The translations under genes and the position numbers were made by a program. The notes under the pieces are model-generated. The model ran no database searches. It was not told where the DNA came from and saw only the letters and a program-made list of their open reading frames with translations. Of a stretch of 64,000 bases of DNA, positions 1 to 13,430 are shown piece after piece (position 1 is the first letter of the stretch; each line of letters starts with the position of its first letter). This stretch comes from Gnetum montanum (lineage: Eukaryota; Plantae; Gnetophyta). The stretch is taken from positions 293,648 to 357,647 of the forward strand of contig MNCI01000986.1 of the NCBI GenBank assembly GCA_015680685.1. Reading direction: 5' to 3'.

Positions 1-103
1 TCACTTTTAATTTAATTTCTAAGTTGAATAGTGAAAAACTATGAATGATGTATGAAGTTGTTAATTAAATGGTAAAGTGACCCATTAACTTGTTAGTTAA
101 AAT

Positions 104-2006
104 TATTGAGCATTTTGAGCTTGTTTGTAAGTTTAAATTTGCTGTAGAGATTTATATCTTTCATCTGTTCTTTTGCAAGAAACCTTTTCTTTGCACAAGT
201 TATTCATGGAACATCAACACCTAAAAGGAGCTTGTAGATATATTTTCTAGCTCTACAAGGGCCTGCACTTTCAATGACTTCTCTTTCTACCATGTAACCT
301 TATAGTTTTGGTTCTACATAGCTCACCCAAAATGGTTCTACTAGCTCAATATTACGTGCATCCAAAGTTTTTAATCCAACTCAACTCCTTGTTTTAGTTT
401 TAGACTAGTTTTTCAATTCTACAAAGGGTGCTTGAAATGGTTTTGCCACATTAATAGTTTTTACCATATGTGCAAGGAAAAATTATTTTTTAAAAATAGA
501 GAATCAATATTATTATTTTGAAGAGCATGTAAAGCCACATTAGCTCCTAGCCATGCAAGCTTGTAGAACCAAAATCACAATTAGCCCTAGAACTAAATTT
601 AGTTCTACAAGGCTTATGAAATAGGTTCTACATTGAATAGCTTCTATATTCCACATTACCATGAAAAAGAGGCCTAATATGTATTTTAAAAAAGGAAAAA
701 ATCTTTGAGAAGCATAACTTCCTTAAATAGTTTTTGTTTTAACAAGCTTATGCTAAAGTGTATTTTCCACTTCAACTTGAGAGAAGAAAGGACTTTAGAA
801 TCCATTTTCTCAGTTCTAAAAGAGTTATCCTAATAAGTGTAACACACTTATCTCATTTACGAGAGAGCTTAATACTAACAAGAATTTAATATGCAATGTT
901 AGCTTAAAGAGAGATAATGCCTTAAAATCATTTGTGGTTCTAGAAAAGTAGTGCATTATTTGGAACCAAAGAGCTCTTGAAAATTCTTCTACCAACACAA
1001 CATGATCATAGAGCTAGTTCTATTCAGCCTAGCCTTTTCTCATAAAGATAAACTTATGAAAGTCATAGTTCATAAATGAAAAGCTCATTTATAGTAAAAG
1101 TGCATCATATCTAAAATTTCTATGAAAAAAAGCTCAAAAATATAAAAATACTTAGAATACAGAGAGCCATTATGTAAATAAGTTAAAGAGTATATTATTG
1201 TAGATATTGGTAGAGCCACATTAATGAAAAAGGACAATGACAGTTAGATGAAGTCAAATGAGCCATTATTCTTGATGCAATCTAAGTCAAAATATTGCCA
1301 TAGTAAGTAAAAGGGATCATTACCACAAAAAATGAAATAACAAATTTCTTTCTCCTCTATGAAGCTTTCAATGCTCATCTCTAGCTCATACCAAAAGTAG
1401 TAATATAGGTAAATATCTAATGGATACTAATTTTTCTTTGTCAGCCATTCTTCTCAATGGTTTTGCAATAGCTAGATCTTCTTCTCTCCCATGCTTCTCT
1501 AGCTTTGTATCTCTAACATATCAATAATGCTTTAAGAAATAGTTACAAAGAATGATAGCTATAATTTTAAGTTCACTAGCTTAGCTTGATAATTCCTGTT
1601 TTGGTCCTCTTGTACTTGAACTAGAATTTCTTCTTCTCTTCTTCTTGGTTCTTATTCTTTCTCTTTCTCTTCTTTGTAAAAGCTCTATTCTTTTTCTCAA
1701 AAAAAAAAAAAAGTTTTATAATTCTTGAGTCTTTGTGTTAAGAAAAGACAAAGTATTTCTCTCTTCTTTTGTGATGTGAAAGCAAATTTCTATCACTTTG
1801 ATCTTGGTCATTGTGCTTAATCCAAGGCTATAGAAGAAGCCCTTAAAAGCCTTTTGTCTATTTATTCTTTCTTTCATAGTTATTCTGTTTATTAGGTTCA
1901 GTTTTCTATTTGGGACTTTTTGCTAGTATCTAATTAGCTTAGATTTTTATAAGGCCCTGATTCACTCTCCCCTCTTAGTACCTTTAGCTACATCCAAGAA
2001 AAAAAA
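104..2006 (+). repeat. 5' LTR of the copia element (~1.9 kb)
   Basis: TATTGAGCATTTTGAGC at 104 aligns with TGTTGGGTGTTTTAAGC at 12644, and homology continues for ~750 bp. The 3' end is placed just before the PBS. Confidence 0.8.
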
Positions 2007-2008
2007 AT

Positions 2009-2020
2009 TGGCATAAGAGC
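2009..2020 (+). promoter_or_regulatory. Primer-binding site, tRNA-iMet type
   Basis: TGGCATAAGAGC versus consensus TGGTATCAGAGC, lying between the LTR and gag. Confidence 0.8.
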
Positions 2021-2074
2021 CTAATCAACACTTCTAACCTAACAATTTATGTTGCATTCCTTTATTTCCTAGAC

Positions 2075-3671
2075 ATGGTGTAGAATCCAAACTTCTCATC
2101 TATCAGAGCTCCATGGTTCAATGGCTTAGGTTGTCCTCTATGGAAGTTTAAGATGAAGACATATCTCCTAGCTGATGGTAATAAGAAATGGAAGGTAATA
2201 AATAGATGAACCAATAATTTTGTGCATGATGCTTGAGCTATGAATGCATTGGCCTATGGCTTGAATACAATAGTATGTATGAATATTATGCATTTTCAAT
2301 CATAGAAAAAAATGTGGGATCATCTTAAAGTTATTTATGAAGTAAATGATAAAATAAAGAAGTCTAAGTTGTTAACATTAAAAGCTTGGTTTAATGTTCT
2401 AAATATGGAAGAAAATAAAAACATTAGTGGTTTCTTTAGTAGAGCTAATGAAATTGTTAGTGAAATGTCCATGTTGAGAGAAGCATAATCAAAGGATATC
2501 ATTTGTTGGAAAATCCTATCTGTATTTCCCTCCAAATTCAAAGCAAAGGTGTCATCCATAAAAGTGATTAAAGATCTCTCTAGATTGATAGTAGCTAGGC
2601 TCTATAGTATTCTTTTAACCTTTGAAATTAGAAAAGGTGAAGTCAACCTTTAAATCCCTCAATGGAGGCAATGTAAGCTTTGGTGATAAAGGTAAAGTTG
2701 TGGTAAGAGGTATTGGCTCAATTAACATTCATAGTGCTTTCATAAAGTTCATAATGCTTATTTTATTGATGACTTGTATTATAATTTGTTAAGCTTAGGA
2801 TAATTTTCAAGAGAAGGTTATTATAATATCACTTTATTAATGAGAAATGTATATTCGAAAATAAGGAAAAGGATTTTAAAGTTTATGTTACTTGAGTAGT
2901 AAATTATGTATATTTTATAAATGAGAAACCTTAATATTTGACTCTTATTTTTGAGATAAGTGCTAGCAAGTTATGGCACAAAAGAGTAGGACACTTAAAT
3001 TCAAAAAACATCCAAGCTCTCATCAAAGATCAAAGCATAAGAGGCATTCCTCAGGTAAGTTAACTAGAAGAGGTATGTTTCACATGCCAACATAGTAAGC
3101 AAATTGGAGCTACCTTTAAGCTAGTGAGCTTTCATTCTAAAAATAAGCTTAAATTATGACATATGGATGTTTGTGGACCTTTTGATATAGTTGGTTTTGA
3201 TGACAATAAATATTTCTTTCTTATTGTTGATGATTATACTAGAATGTCATTACTAACATGTATTTAGAAAATTTTTGATGTCTTTAAACATTTTAAGATA
3301 TTTTAAAGTATAACTAAAACTGAAATAGGGTGTAAAATCAAATCTATTATGATTGACAATGGACATGAGTTCACCTTAAATGAATTTTATGAGCTATGTA
3401 GAGATTTAGGTATTAAGAGATAATATTCATTAGCTAGAACACCTAAGAAAAATGGTGTCATAGAGCAAAACATAGAACTATACTCAAGATGATCTAATCA
3501 ATGATGAATGGGAAGAATGTACCAAAGTATCTATGAAATGTGGTAGCCAAAACAGTTATGTATATCATCAAAAAATATTTAGAAAGAGTGGATATTGATA
3601 ATACTCCTTATCAAATATGGTATGATAAAATTTGCTAATGTTCAATATCTAAAATTTTTTTGTAGCAAGTG
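2075..3671 (+). pseudogene. Copia gag, protease remnant and integrase (many stops, frameshifts, internal deletion)
   Basis: Hand translation gives SSIRAPWFNG..WKFKMKTYL (gag), GGNVSFGDKGKV and YNLLSLG (after PR), and LWHKRVGHLN, CFTCQHSKQ, HMDVCGP, IVDDYTR, DNGHEF, RTPKKNGVIE (IN). Confidence 0.9.
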
Positions 3672-4584
3672 TGATGAGCAGCGAGGTACCCCCTACGCCC
3701 AACCATATGAATCAAAAGCATTTAGGCATGATTCATGTGAATTCCATGGAGGGGAATAGTTGTGGCATCTAGATTGTTATGCCTTGATCACAGTTTGTTG
3801 TCTTTCCACTTGGAGTAGTGGTAGCTTTGTCACGTATGGTTTAGTCCAAAGTGAGGCATATGATTCTTGATGTTGTTTTGGCCTTATGCCACTTCTAAGG
3901 AAAATAAAGAAATAAATTATTTAAATTAATTAACAATGGAAAGTAAAGTCTAAAATAGCCTATGGGCAATGAGTGTTCATTATTAGCTTGCTGTACACAT
4001 CCTAAACCCATGTATCCACTAATGGGATTACCAAGTGCTATGCTACTAGGTGAACTAAGCAATAATGCTATTGGGGTTACCAAGAAAATACATGTTTATA
4101 CTTGAAAATGGTCATGCTCATTTTGCTAATTAATTAACGTGCATGGAAATGTAAATATTAACTAAGTACATGAAAAGTAAATTACATGGAAATTAAATCT
4201 AATCTAAGTGAATGTGCTGCAATTAATAAGAATCAATCTTGATCTTATTGTCATTCATGGAATGTGTCCAGGTACATTTCCACTCAAATAAGATGATATA
4301 CAACTAAGTCAGATCCACACTATGAGCACCTATTGACTATTTTCTAAGATATGGAATAAAATTGCAAGAGTTCAACTATGTTATTAATCAAAGAATGCCA
4401 ATACACATTGGAAGCATGTGTATTTATAGGCAAAGAATAGAGACTATGTTGATGGGGCCCCATAAATGTAGCAAATGCTACATCAATGCAACCCCATTGA
4501 TGGGGCAACAGCACATCGATGAGGATCCATCAACAAGGCCATGTCGATGAGGGTCCTTCAATGTGACAATTTGACATTTCATCA
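3672..4584 (-). repeat. 3' LTR of Athila-like element 1
   Basis: Direct repeat of 9063-9932; ends TTCATCA next to TACCTCCACGACT (PPT reverse complement). Confidence 0.9.
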
Positions 4585-6825
4585 TACCTCCACGACTAAA
4601 TGAAAATGCATGCTCGAGTTAATAGGATAGGACAATGCTTTCCTTACAAAAAATTGGGAATGATGGATTTATTGACTGACTCTAAGTGCCACATTACAAA
4701 ATTTTATTCGAGTGGATGCATTACAAAATGATTGGACAAACATTAAAGACTACATACTTTGTAGAGGTCTTTCAAAAGTTTATTGAAAGTAGTGGTAGAC
4801 TTTCAACCTTGATTATTATGTTAATGCTTCTCTAGTTATGTAGAACATTCTTAAAGGATGGATAGAAATTTCTTCTCATCATCCCATGGATCTAGTAAAC
4901 ATGAGATGCTTGAGTTGCTATCTTGTATGTGCTACGATTTTTTCATGGGCATATCCTCCATTATCATCATCTTGATTTCCTTTTTGTGCTAGCAAAAGAC
5001 CTCCTTCCTTGGACATTTCTTTTAGCATCACCTATAGTTACCAAAGGATCAACATTAGTTTTGGTAAATTTTCCTTAATAATTAACCCTTTTGGATCCCT
5101 TAGTTTTCATTTAAGCAAAAGGTGATTACAACATACTATGCCCAAGGCTATGAGGTAATCATCAAGCTGTTCACATTATTTTGATCAATTACTATTAATT
5201 ACCATGATGTTCGAAAATAGGATGTTAGAGATATTTCAAAGTAGACATCCCTAGTCCCCATGAGTAATAAGCATAACTTTGGAAGCACACAAGTTTTCAA
5301 ACAATTGAAACCAAAGGTCTAATTTAGAAGATGACTAAGAAATATTAATGGATATGAAAATAGAAAAGAAGGAAAAATTAATGAAATGGATGAGAAATAG
5401 TCCCAAAATCATGCATAAATTTAGAGAAACCATCATTGATGTTTTGGAAGATGTGAAGGTTAGTTCAAAGCCATGATCAACAAAAGTTATTCAAGTGGAT
5501 CCTTCCCAAAGTAGGCTCTTGCCATAATGCCTTTGCATAACGACTAATATAGATGTCTGTGGACACCCTAGAAGTTAAGTGTAGATCATGTTTTTGTTGC
5601 AAACGACACACAACTATAATGGTTGGGATGTTGCATTATACTACACAAAACCAAAAGGCTCATAATTTCATGTAGCAATGAGGTGAATAATGGGATGATA
5701 CGGGATTATAGAGATCATGATGTAAGGTACTTGACTAGGTCCACAATAGGTTCTTATGAGAAATGTGATTTAAATGATTAGCATACCTATCTGTCCAAGT
5801 TTAGACCAAGTCCATACCATGAACAGTGATCTCACATTGATTTGTTTCTTCTTTTTGACCACCATGAGTCCACAACCATCCCAAAAAACAATCATCACTT
5901 CAAAAAGATAAGAAAAGAGAAGAAGGAAGAAAGAGCCTTAGTTAGAGGGGCACCTTCAAGTATGGGTAACATGTCTTTCCAACCCCACAACTAGTGCTTG
6001 TAGCCCATTATTGTGTCTATGTCTGCTTTAAATTCCCATTTATATATATATATATTTTCCTTTTTTGTTCATTTCATTTTTTTGTTTTTTAAATTATTTT
6101 TTCTTTTTCTATTTTTTTGGATTTTAAATGTTTTTTGAAATGGAAATCAAACTATGCAAAGACATAGCTTCCGATTTATTGGTCGATGAAGAAGTGATGA
6201 TATGTTCCAAGAGGAGTCATAAACCACATGAAGGAAGTTAAGAAGAGAACCCAACAAGTTTCCTTGAGGTCACACCCATTGCCATTTTCACTTGGTCATT
6301 CCCTCTTTCTTCAAGGTATAATGATCATTGATTAATTTTAGTTTCATAAAAGAAGAACCAAATTATTTCCATGAAAAAGACCTTTTATTTAGAGAAATGG
6401 AGGAATGGATGAGGTGGTCTCATTGCTTTACATAATTACTTACCCAATCATCTTGATAGGATAGAGCAAAAACCCAACACATAGCTTTTGACTTTTGCAT
6501 CATGACTTGGCAATATTATTAATGGAAACATAAAAGACATTCATAAACATTTAAAAAATGACTTAGGAAAAGAAAATATTATAAAGAAAAGAAAAGAAAA
6601 ATATTAAGAAATGGAAAACATATGAATAATTAGAAAATTTTTGAAAAAAATAGAAAAATGATAAAAAATTGTAAAACAAAAAAGATGAAAAATACTTATT
6701 AGTTCTTGAACTAGGATGGAGCATCTCCCCCATGACTAATCTATGGTCACACATTTGGGAGATGGACCACATAATCCCCTAATTATACACCACAAGTTTT
6801 CCATTTATCACCATTATTCATTTAA

Positions 6826-8939
6826 TTAATCATGTGGTAGCACATCTAACATTGGTGATAGTCTCGTTTGGATCATTTGGAGATGTATCGATGTGTTTGC
6901 TTCTTCTTCTTCTTGATTTTTTACTTTAATTCTTCGGTCTTCATGTTTAAGATCCTTTTCTGGTGTATAATCAGAGTATAAGATATATGGGTCTAAGTCC
7001 TCTGGTTGGTCCTTTTTCTTAATTATAGAACTAATAAGTGGATTAGTTGCCTCCATGCATTTTTGAAACAATTTTATATTCTCATTTTCAAGCCACTAGG
7101 TGTCTTTTGATTTAGTGGATACTACGTAGATTGGTTTTTGCTCATACACTTGCTCTTGAACTTTTTGTGTGTTGTGTTAATATTTTGAATTTCTAGCCCA
7201 CAAATTCACCCTTTACTATTAGTAGTGATGCATGGATTCTTTTGTCTCTCCACAGTGATAGGTTCATCATTTTTGTCAAATATTGGAGCAACGATGGATG
7301 TTGGCCTTTGCTTATGATTGAAGGATATTCATTGTGAAAGGAAGGTTGTTGTACTTGATTGGCATTACGCTGGTTTAGATTAGTTAGTAGGTCCATGAGT
7401 GTTGTGCTTATGCATGGGAACCTTCCTAAAGAAAGGATGTTTCAAATATTGTGGGGGAGATCTATTGGCATTATCATTTCTATGTATGTTACAACACAAG
7501 TGGCATTCTCTTGTTGATGTCGTGGTGCTAAACATTCCTATGTTGCTAGCAGTGACATATAGTGGAGGGAAGTATGAGAATATTGATGATATGATAAAGG
7601 ATGAGAGGTGTGAGGTGGTGACCTCATAGAAGATATTGTAGGATGATGATATTCGGGAGAGTGATAGTAGTGTTTTGAGGTAGAGGAAGCGGAACTAGTC
7701 AAGGAAACAAGTTGTTGAACATAATATTCGTATGGGTTTGGCTAGCAGTAAGGGTAATGTTGGTTTGACGATGGCCTCCCTTATGATTGTGGCTTTTTCC
7801 ACTACATTGGATGATAGTGTTGAGGCTAGTAAGAAGTCCCACTAGGATGGTACGATTGGTTGTAGGACTATATATAATTACCTTGTGAGAAAGGTAATTT
7901 TCTAGGCATTTGCTTTTGTACAAGCTTGGGATTCAATGTAAAAGCCCAATACTCATGTAGATGTAACATGACTAGGCAATATCCCTTCAAATGGTCATAT
8001 ATGTAGATGTCACATCCATCATCTTCTTCGGTGGTTGAGTCTATAGTTTCTTATTCTACAGTCAGTTCCCATTTCTACTGATTAGTGTTCTTACTTGTCT
8101 CTTTGTTCCTTTTCCTCCTTTTGTTGTGGTTACTTGATTTGTTTTGCGTTACTCTTCCCTCTATGATTTCTATGCAAGTTTTCTATGCAAGTTGTAATTT
8201 TAGCTTTATCTATTAGTGTCCTAGAAAAGAGCTTAAGCTTTTTCCACCCACTTTCAATGTTTTGTAAGATGCAGGCATCATAAAAGGCTTGCAAATGATT
8301 TTGTGGATCAGAATCATAGCCTCCCACAAATTTAGAGATGTTATTCATATCAAGCCTTTTGATGCAACTTTCCTTGCGATGCCTATGGGGTATTTTAGCT
8401 ACCTCTATGATCTGCATCATGCTCTTAGTGCTCAACAAGGATTCACTATCATTAGACACGTGGTAAAAATTTCTATTTATATTTATCTTGTTGTGACTAT
8501 TTTTTCTATGCTCATTTTTATGTCTTTGATCTTGCCCTTGTTTTCAATTTCTATTTTTATTTTGACCCCATAGTGGAGCTCTATCTCTATACCTATATGT
8601 TCATCTACATTAGAACTAGACATTGAAGAGGATGAGGAAGATGAGGAATGGAAGAGTTGCCATGGCTTCTATGGTGTTCCCCATGGTTCCTTGATTTATT
8701 TTTTCAAGGTTTTGAGGAGGTCCTAGGCCTTGAGGCCTCCCCTAGTCTAGAACTTCATCTCCTCTAGGATTGTTTGCCTTAGGTAAATGTAGTCCTTGAG
8801 TGTAGTTAAGGTGGTCATGAACATATGAAACTCCTACATGAGATTGGTCACTCCAATTTTCTTTAGTATATATCTCATTAGTACTCTAATGAATGTTCTC
8901 TCAATATGATGCATTGTCGCTTTCTTATGAGAGAGACAT
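6826..8939 (-). pseudogene. Athila-type gag (retrotransposon gag domain, CCHC-like knuckle, Pro/Gln/His-rich tail)
   Basis: ORF 8130-8459 contains KFVGGYDSDPQNHLQAFYDAC..KLKLFSRTLIDKAK. A knuckle remnant DGCDIYIYDHLKGYC lies near 7975-8020. Colinear with the gag at 55674-57850. Confidence 0.8.
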
Positions 8940-9062
8940 TTTTGTTAATTAGTGATGTGTGTGACTTAATATTTTCTAAAAGATAATTCAATAATCTATT
9001 TATAGTGATCGTGTGTGATATAACTAATCTAGATAACTAGCACCATCCTCAGCAATGACGCT

Positions 9063-9932
9063 GGCGAGGTACCCCCTATGCCCAACCATACGAATCACAA
9101 TCATTCCTATACGATCCAATTGAATCCTATGGATGGGACTAGTTGTGACATCTAGATCATTGTGCCTTGATTGTAGTTTGTTATCTTCCCACTTGGACTA
9201 GTGGTAGCTTTGTCATGTATGGTTTAGTCCAGAATGAGGCATATGATTCTTGATGTTGTTTTTTCCTTATGTTACTCCTAATGATAATAAAAAAAATCAA
9301 TTATTTAAACTAATTAATAGTGGAAAGTAAAGCCTAAACTAGCCTATGGATGATTAGTGTTTGTTCCTAGCTTGCTATGCACATCCTAAACCCACATGTC
9401 AACTTCTGGGATTACCAAGATGCTACTAGGTGAACCAAGCAATAATGCTACTAGGGTTATCAAGTGAATACGTGTTTACACTTGAAACTAGTTACATTGA
9501 TTCCACCAAATGATTAAGATGCATGGAAACATAAATATTAACTAAGCACAATAAAAGTAAATTACATGGAAATTAAATCTAATCTAAGTCAAAGTGCTCT
9601 AATGAATAATAATCAATCTTGATCTTATTACCATTCATGGAATGTGTCCAAGTACATTGCCACTCAAATAAGATGTCATACAATTGACTGAAATCCACAC
9701 TGTAGGCACCTACTGACTATTTTCTAAGACTACAGAATAAAACTGCAAGAGTTCAGCTGTCCTATTAACCAAAGAATGCCAATACACAGTGAAAGCATGT
9801 GTATTTTTAGGAAAAGAATAGATACTACATTGACGAGGCCTCATAAATGCAACAAATGCTATGTCGATGGGGCCTTGTAGAAGAGGCCATGTCAATGAGG
9901 GCCCATCGATGCAACACTTTGATGCTTCATCA
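9063..9932 (-). repeat. 5' LTR of Athila-like element 1 (about 8 terminal bases next to the PBS are missing)
   Basis: Direct repeat of 3672-4584. It is preceded by TCCTCAGCAATGACGCT, a decayed reverse complement of the tRNA-Asp PBS TGGCGCCGTTGCCGGGGA. Confidence 0.88.
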
Positions 9933-9937
9933 AAGTG

Positions 9938-11899
9938 CTATATTAAGAATCAAGATAATGTTCATAAGCTTGATAATCATTGTGAGGATGGTTTTTTATT
10001 AGATATTCTAGTCATTCAAAAGCTTATCATTTCTTAAATTTGAAAACATTAAAAATTATTTCATGCTAAGATTGATAAGTTATTTGAAGAGGCTAATAAT
10101 GTGGTTGAGAAAGATATGAATGCAAATGAAGAAGAAAATAATGATGAAAATTTGACATCTAAACAACCTGATGAGAAGAGTAGATAGCCTTAGATAATGA
10201 GGTAGAAAAAGAGTAACATGCTACAACCAATTATGGTTTAAGGAGAACACAAAGGTTCAAATCCATGATAGATATCCTTAAGACACCTCTTAGACAAAGG
10301 ATAGTAAGTGCTAAAGCTAAAACAATGGATCATGGCTTTTTAGTATGTTTTCTTGCTTTTTCTATTCCTCTAATCATCAAGGAAGCTCTTGGGAGTGAGG
10401 ATTGGAAGAATGCTATGAATGATGAAATGAAGTACATTGTAAAGAATGATACTTGGAAGGTAGTCCCATACCTCAAAGGAACTAATGGCATTGGAACCAA
10501 GTGGATCTTTGCAAATAAGTTGAATGAGCATGGTGAAGTAACCTAGAGTAAGGTAAAAATAGTAGCTAAAGGCTTTGATCAAATTAAGGGATTTGATTAT
10601 CAAGATAATTTTTCTCTAATTGCAAGAATGGAATTTATTAGAATGTTATTAGCTTTTGCAACTTATCAAAGATTTAAGATCTATCAAATGGATGTGAAAC
10701 TAGCCATTCTGAACAAAGAAATAAGGAAGATAGTGTATATTGAACAACTAGAAGGATATATTAACATTGAAAAACCAAATCATGTGTATTAGCTACATAA
10801 AGCTTTATATGGCTTAAAATAAGCCCCCAAGGTATGATATGCTAAGCTTGATTCATATTTAGCTAGAAATGGATATTTGAAAGCTCTTCTAGATAGTACT
10901 CTTTATATTAAAAAGGATAATACAAGTTTTTTAGTTGCTTAGATTTATGTTAATGACATAATATTTGAAAGAACAAGCTCAATTTTAAGCAAAAAATTTA
11001 TTGAAGCTATGAAATCAAGTTTGATATGTTTATGATAAGAGAGTTATCTCATTTCTTGGGCCTACATATTCAACAATGTAGGGATGGAACCTTCATTTCT
11101 CAAATAAAGTATATTCAATAGATGCTGAAGAATTTTGGCATGATAGAAGCTAAAACTTGTGTAATCGCTCTTAGCACAAGTATATACCTCTACAAGGATG
11201 AAGATGGGAAGAAAATTAATGCTACAATATATAAATCCATCGTAAGAAGCTTGCGTAATGCTATAGCTAGTAGGCGTAATATAGCTTTTGCAGTAGGCTT
11301 AATTTTTAGATATTAGTTAGTACCAAAAGAAGCACACTTTGTTACAGCCAAAAGAATTCTATGGTATTTAAAAGGCACAACTAGTTATAAGCTTTGGTAT
11401 CTAAAAAGTAGAAACTTTGAATTACAAGCATTTATAAATGTAGATTGGGTAGGAAATCAAGATGATTGAATATCCACTAACAGAAATTTTCATTTTTTCA
11501 ATAATAGACTAGTATCATGGTTGAGTAAAAAGTAGAACTCTATAGCCTTATTGTTAGCTAAAGTTGAATATGTTGCAACATCACACTATTTCACACAAAT
11601 TATCTAGATGATGGAAGTACTAAATCTTTTTTGTATAGCATTTTATAACCCAAAAATTATTCATTGTGATAATAGTGCAACTATTTCTATTTCTAAAAAT
11701 CCATTTTTAATGGAAATACTAAACATACTAAAATAAAATATCATTTTTATCGAGATCAATTAAAGTTACAAACAATAAAATTATCATATATTTCATCCAA
11801 ATAACAAAGGGAAAACATTTTACAAAGGTTTTGAATAAAGAAAAATTTTTATATTTAAGAAGATTATTGGGTGTAACAACTTTACCCAAACATGCTTAA
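9938..11899 (+). pseudogene. Copia integrase C-terminus, reverse transcriptase and RNase H (degenerate)
   Basis: EALGSEDWKNAMNDEM, IGTKWIFANK, QMDVKLAILN, KALYGLK*AP, IYVNDIIF (YVDD position), and in RNase H VDWVGN, HCDNSATI, IKYHFYRD. Confidence 0.92.
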
Positions 11900-12643
11900 T
11901 TTTCTTCCTTTCTATGTTGTGAGTTTAGGAATTTTATATGAGCTAAACTCTTATGTTTATCTTTATTTTTTCTAGTTTCTTGTTAGTTTAGTATAGCTAT
12001 ATCTTTTGCTTGTTTTTAAGCTTGATTTGCTTGATGATAATTAAAGCTTCTTTTCATCTTTTTGAATAAAAAGGGAAAGTAATATGTGATGTGATTGTTG
12101 ATGTGTGAGTTGTTGTTTTGTCATAAATAGTTTAAGATTATTTCTCTATCTTTATCATGTGTACTAATAGAAGTATTAGCGTTTTGATTGATGATTTCTT
12201 TGTATAAGCTTGTTGCATTACTAAGCCTATCTTATGCTTGATTGAGTTTTTTTATTGTAAAGATGTAGTGTACTTCTAACTACTTGATTAAATGTGAGTT
12301 TTGTGTGTATGATTAGCTATACGAGGTGTCTAATTATTTGTTTAATTTTTTGATAGAGTTATGAGCTATGTCATGACAATGATTTTCTCATCTTTAATTG
12401 ACTGTATGATTCTTATGCTTAACTAGATGCTTACTTGTTAAGATCTTATCAATATAAGCCTAATAAGTTTCTTGATTATAATCTATATGTATAAGCTAAG
12501 TTGATTTGTGAGGGGGTTCTAAGATTGAATCTACTTATATTTTTTTTGACCATTCATGTGTGCTTGGTTCCATATGTTCTTCCTTTGTTCTCTTGTATTC
12601 AAGGTCATGATGTAAGCTCTCCCAAACTCAAAATGAGGGAGAT

Positions 12644-13430
12644 TGTTGGGTGTTTTAAGCTTTGTTATAGGTGTGACTTTGTTGTAGAGCTTCAATTCTA
12701 GTGGGTTTGAGTTTTCATTTTTTTTTTCTACAAGAAAGCTTTTGTTTGTACAAGTTATTCGTGCCACATCAACACATAGAACTAGCTTGTAGAATATGTT
12801 TTTAGCTTGACAAGAGATTACGCTTTCAATGGCTTCTCTCTCAACCACGTAAGCTTCCAATTTTAGCATTGCACTATAGAAAAAATTTTTGGTTCTACAT
12901 AGTTCATCCAAAATGGTTCTACTAGCTCAACATCCCATGCATCCAAAGTTTTTCATCTAGCTCAACTCTTAGTTTTATCTCTAAAACTATTTTTCAATTC
13001 TACAAAGGCTATTTGAAATAGTTTTTCCTTATCAACACTTGTTACCACACATGTAGGAAATCTTATTTTAAAAATAGAGAATTAACATTATTCTTTTTAA
13101 GAGCCCATGAAGCTACATTAGCTCCTAGCCACGCAAGCTTGTAGAACCAAAATCACAAGCAAATTTAGAACTAAATTTAGTTCTACAAAGCTTGTGGAAG
13201 AGTTTCTACATTGAATAGTTTCTATATGCCACATCAGTGTAAAAAGGGCCTAAGATGCATTTTAAAAATGGAAAAAAGCTATGAAAAGTGCAACTTGTTT
13301 AGAACTAGTATTAGTTTTACTAAGCTTATGCTAAAATTTATCTACCACATCAACCTAAGAGAAGGAAGTACTTTAGAACCTTTTTTTTTATTCTACAAGA
13401 GTTGTGCTAAAAGGAGAAGTGTCACAACTT
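12644..13430 (+). repeat. Truncated 3' LTR of the copia element, preceded by a PPT (AAAATGAGGGAGA, 12630-12642)
   Basis: Starts TGTT immediately after the purine tract; aligns to 104-~850, then homology stops. Confidence 0.85.

Larger units (their letters stand above)
3672..9932 (-). mobile_element. Athila-like Ty3/gypsy non-autonomous element (gag only; no pol, no recognisable ORF2) inserted in the copia integrase
   Basis: Termini TGATGA...TCATCA and a perfect 5-bp TSD AAGTG (3667-3671, 9933-9937). Two LTRs; PPT on the minus strand at 4585-4597; Asp-type PBS at ~9046-9062. Confidence 0.92.
104..13430 (+). mobile_element. Decayed Ty1/copia LTR retrotransposon, SIRE/Sirevirus-like; interrupted by an Athila-like insert at 3672-9932; 3' LTR truncated
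   Basis: Homologous LTRs at 104-~850 and 12644-~13430, Met-type PBS, domain order gag-PR-IN-RT-RH, purine tract before the 3' LTR, and a C-rich motif (ATTCACTCTCCCCTCT, ~1960-1975) near the LTR end resembling the Sirevirus U5 signal. Confidence 0.9.

Noticed and set aside
11900-12643. Sirevirus env-like ORF between RNase H and the 3' LTR
   Set aside because: Only ~740 bp of T-rich sequence with no coding signal.
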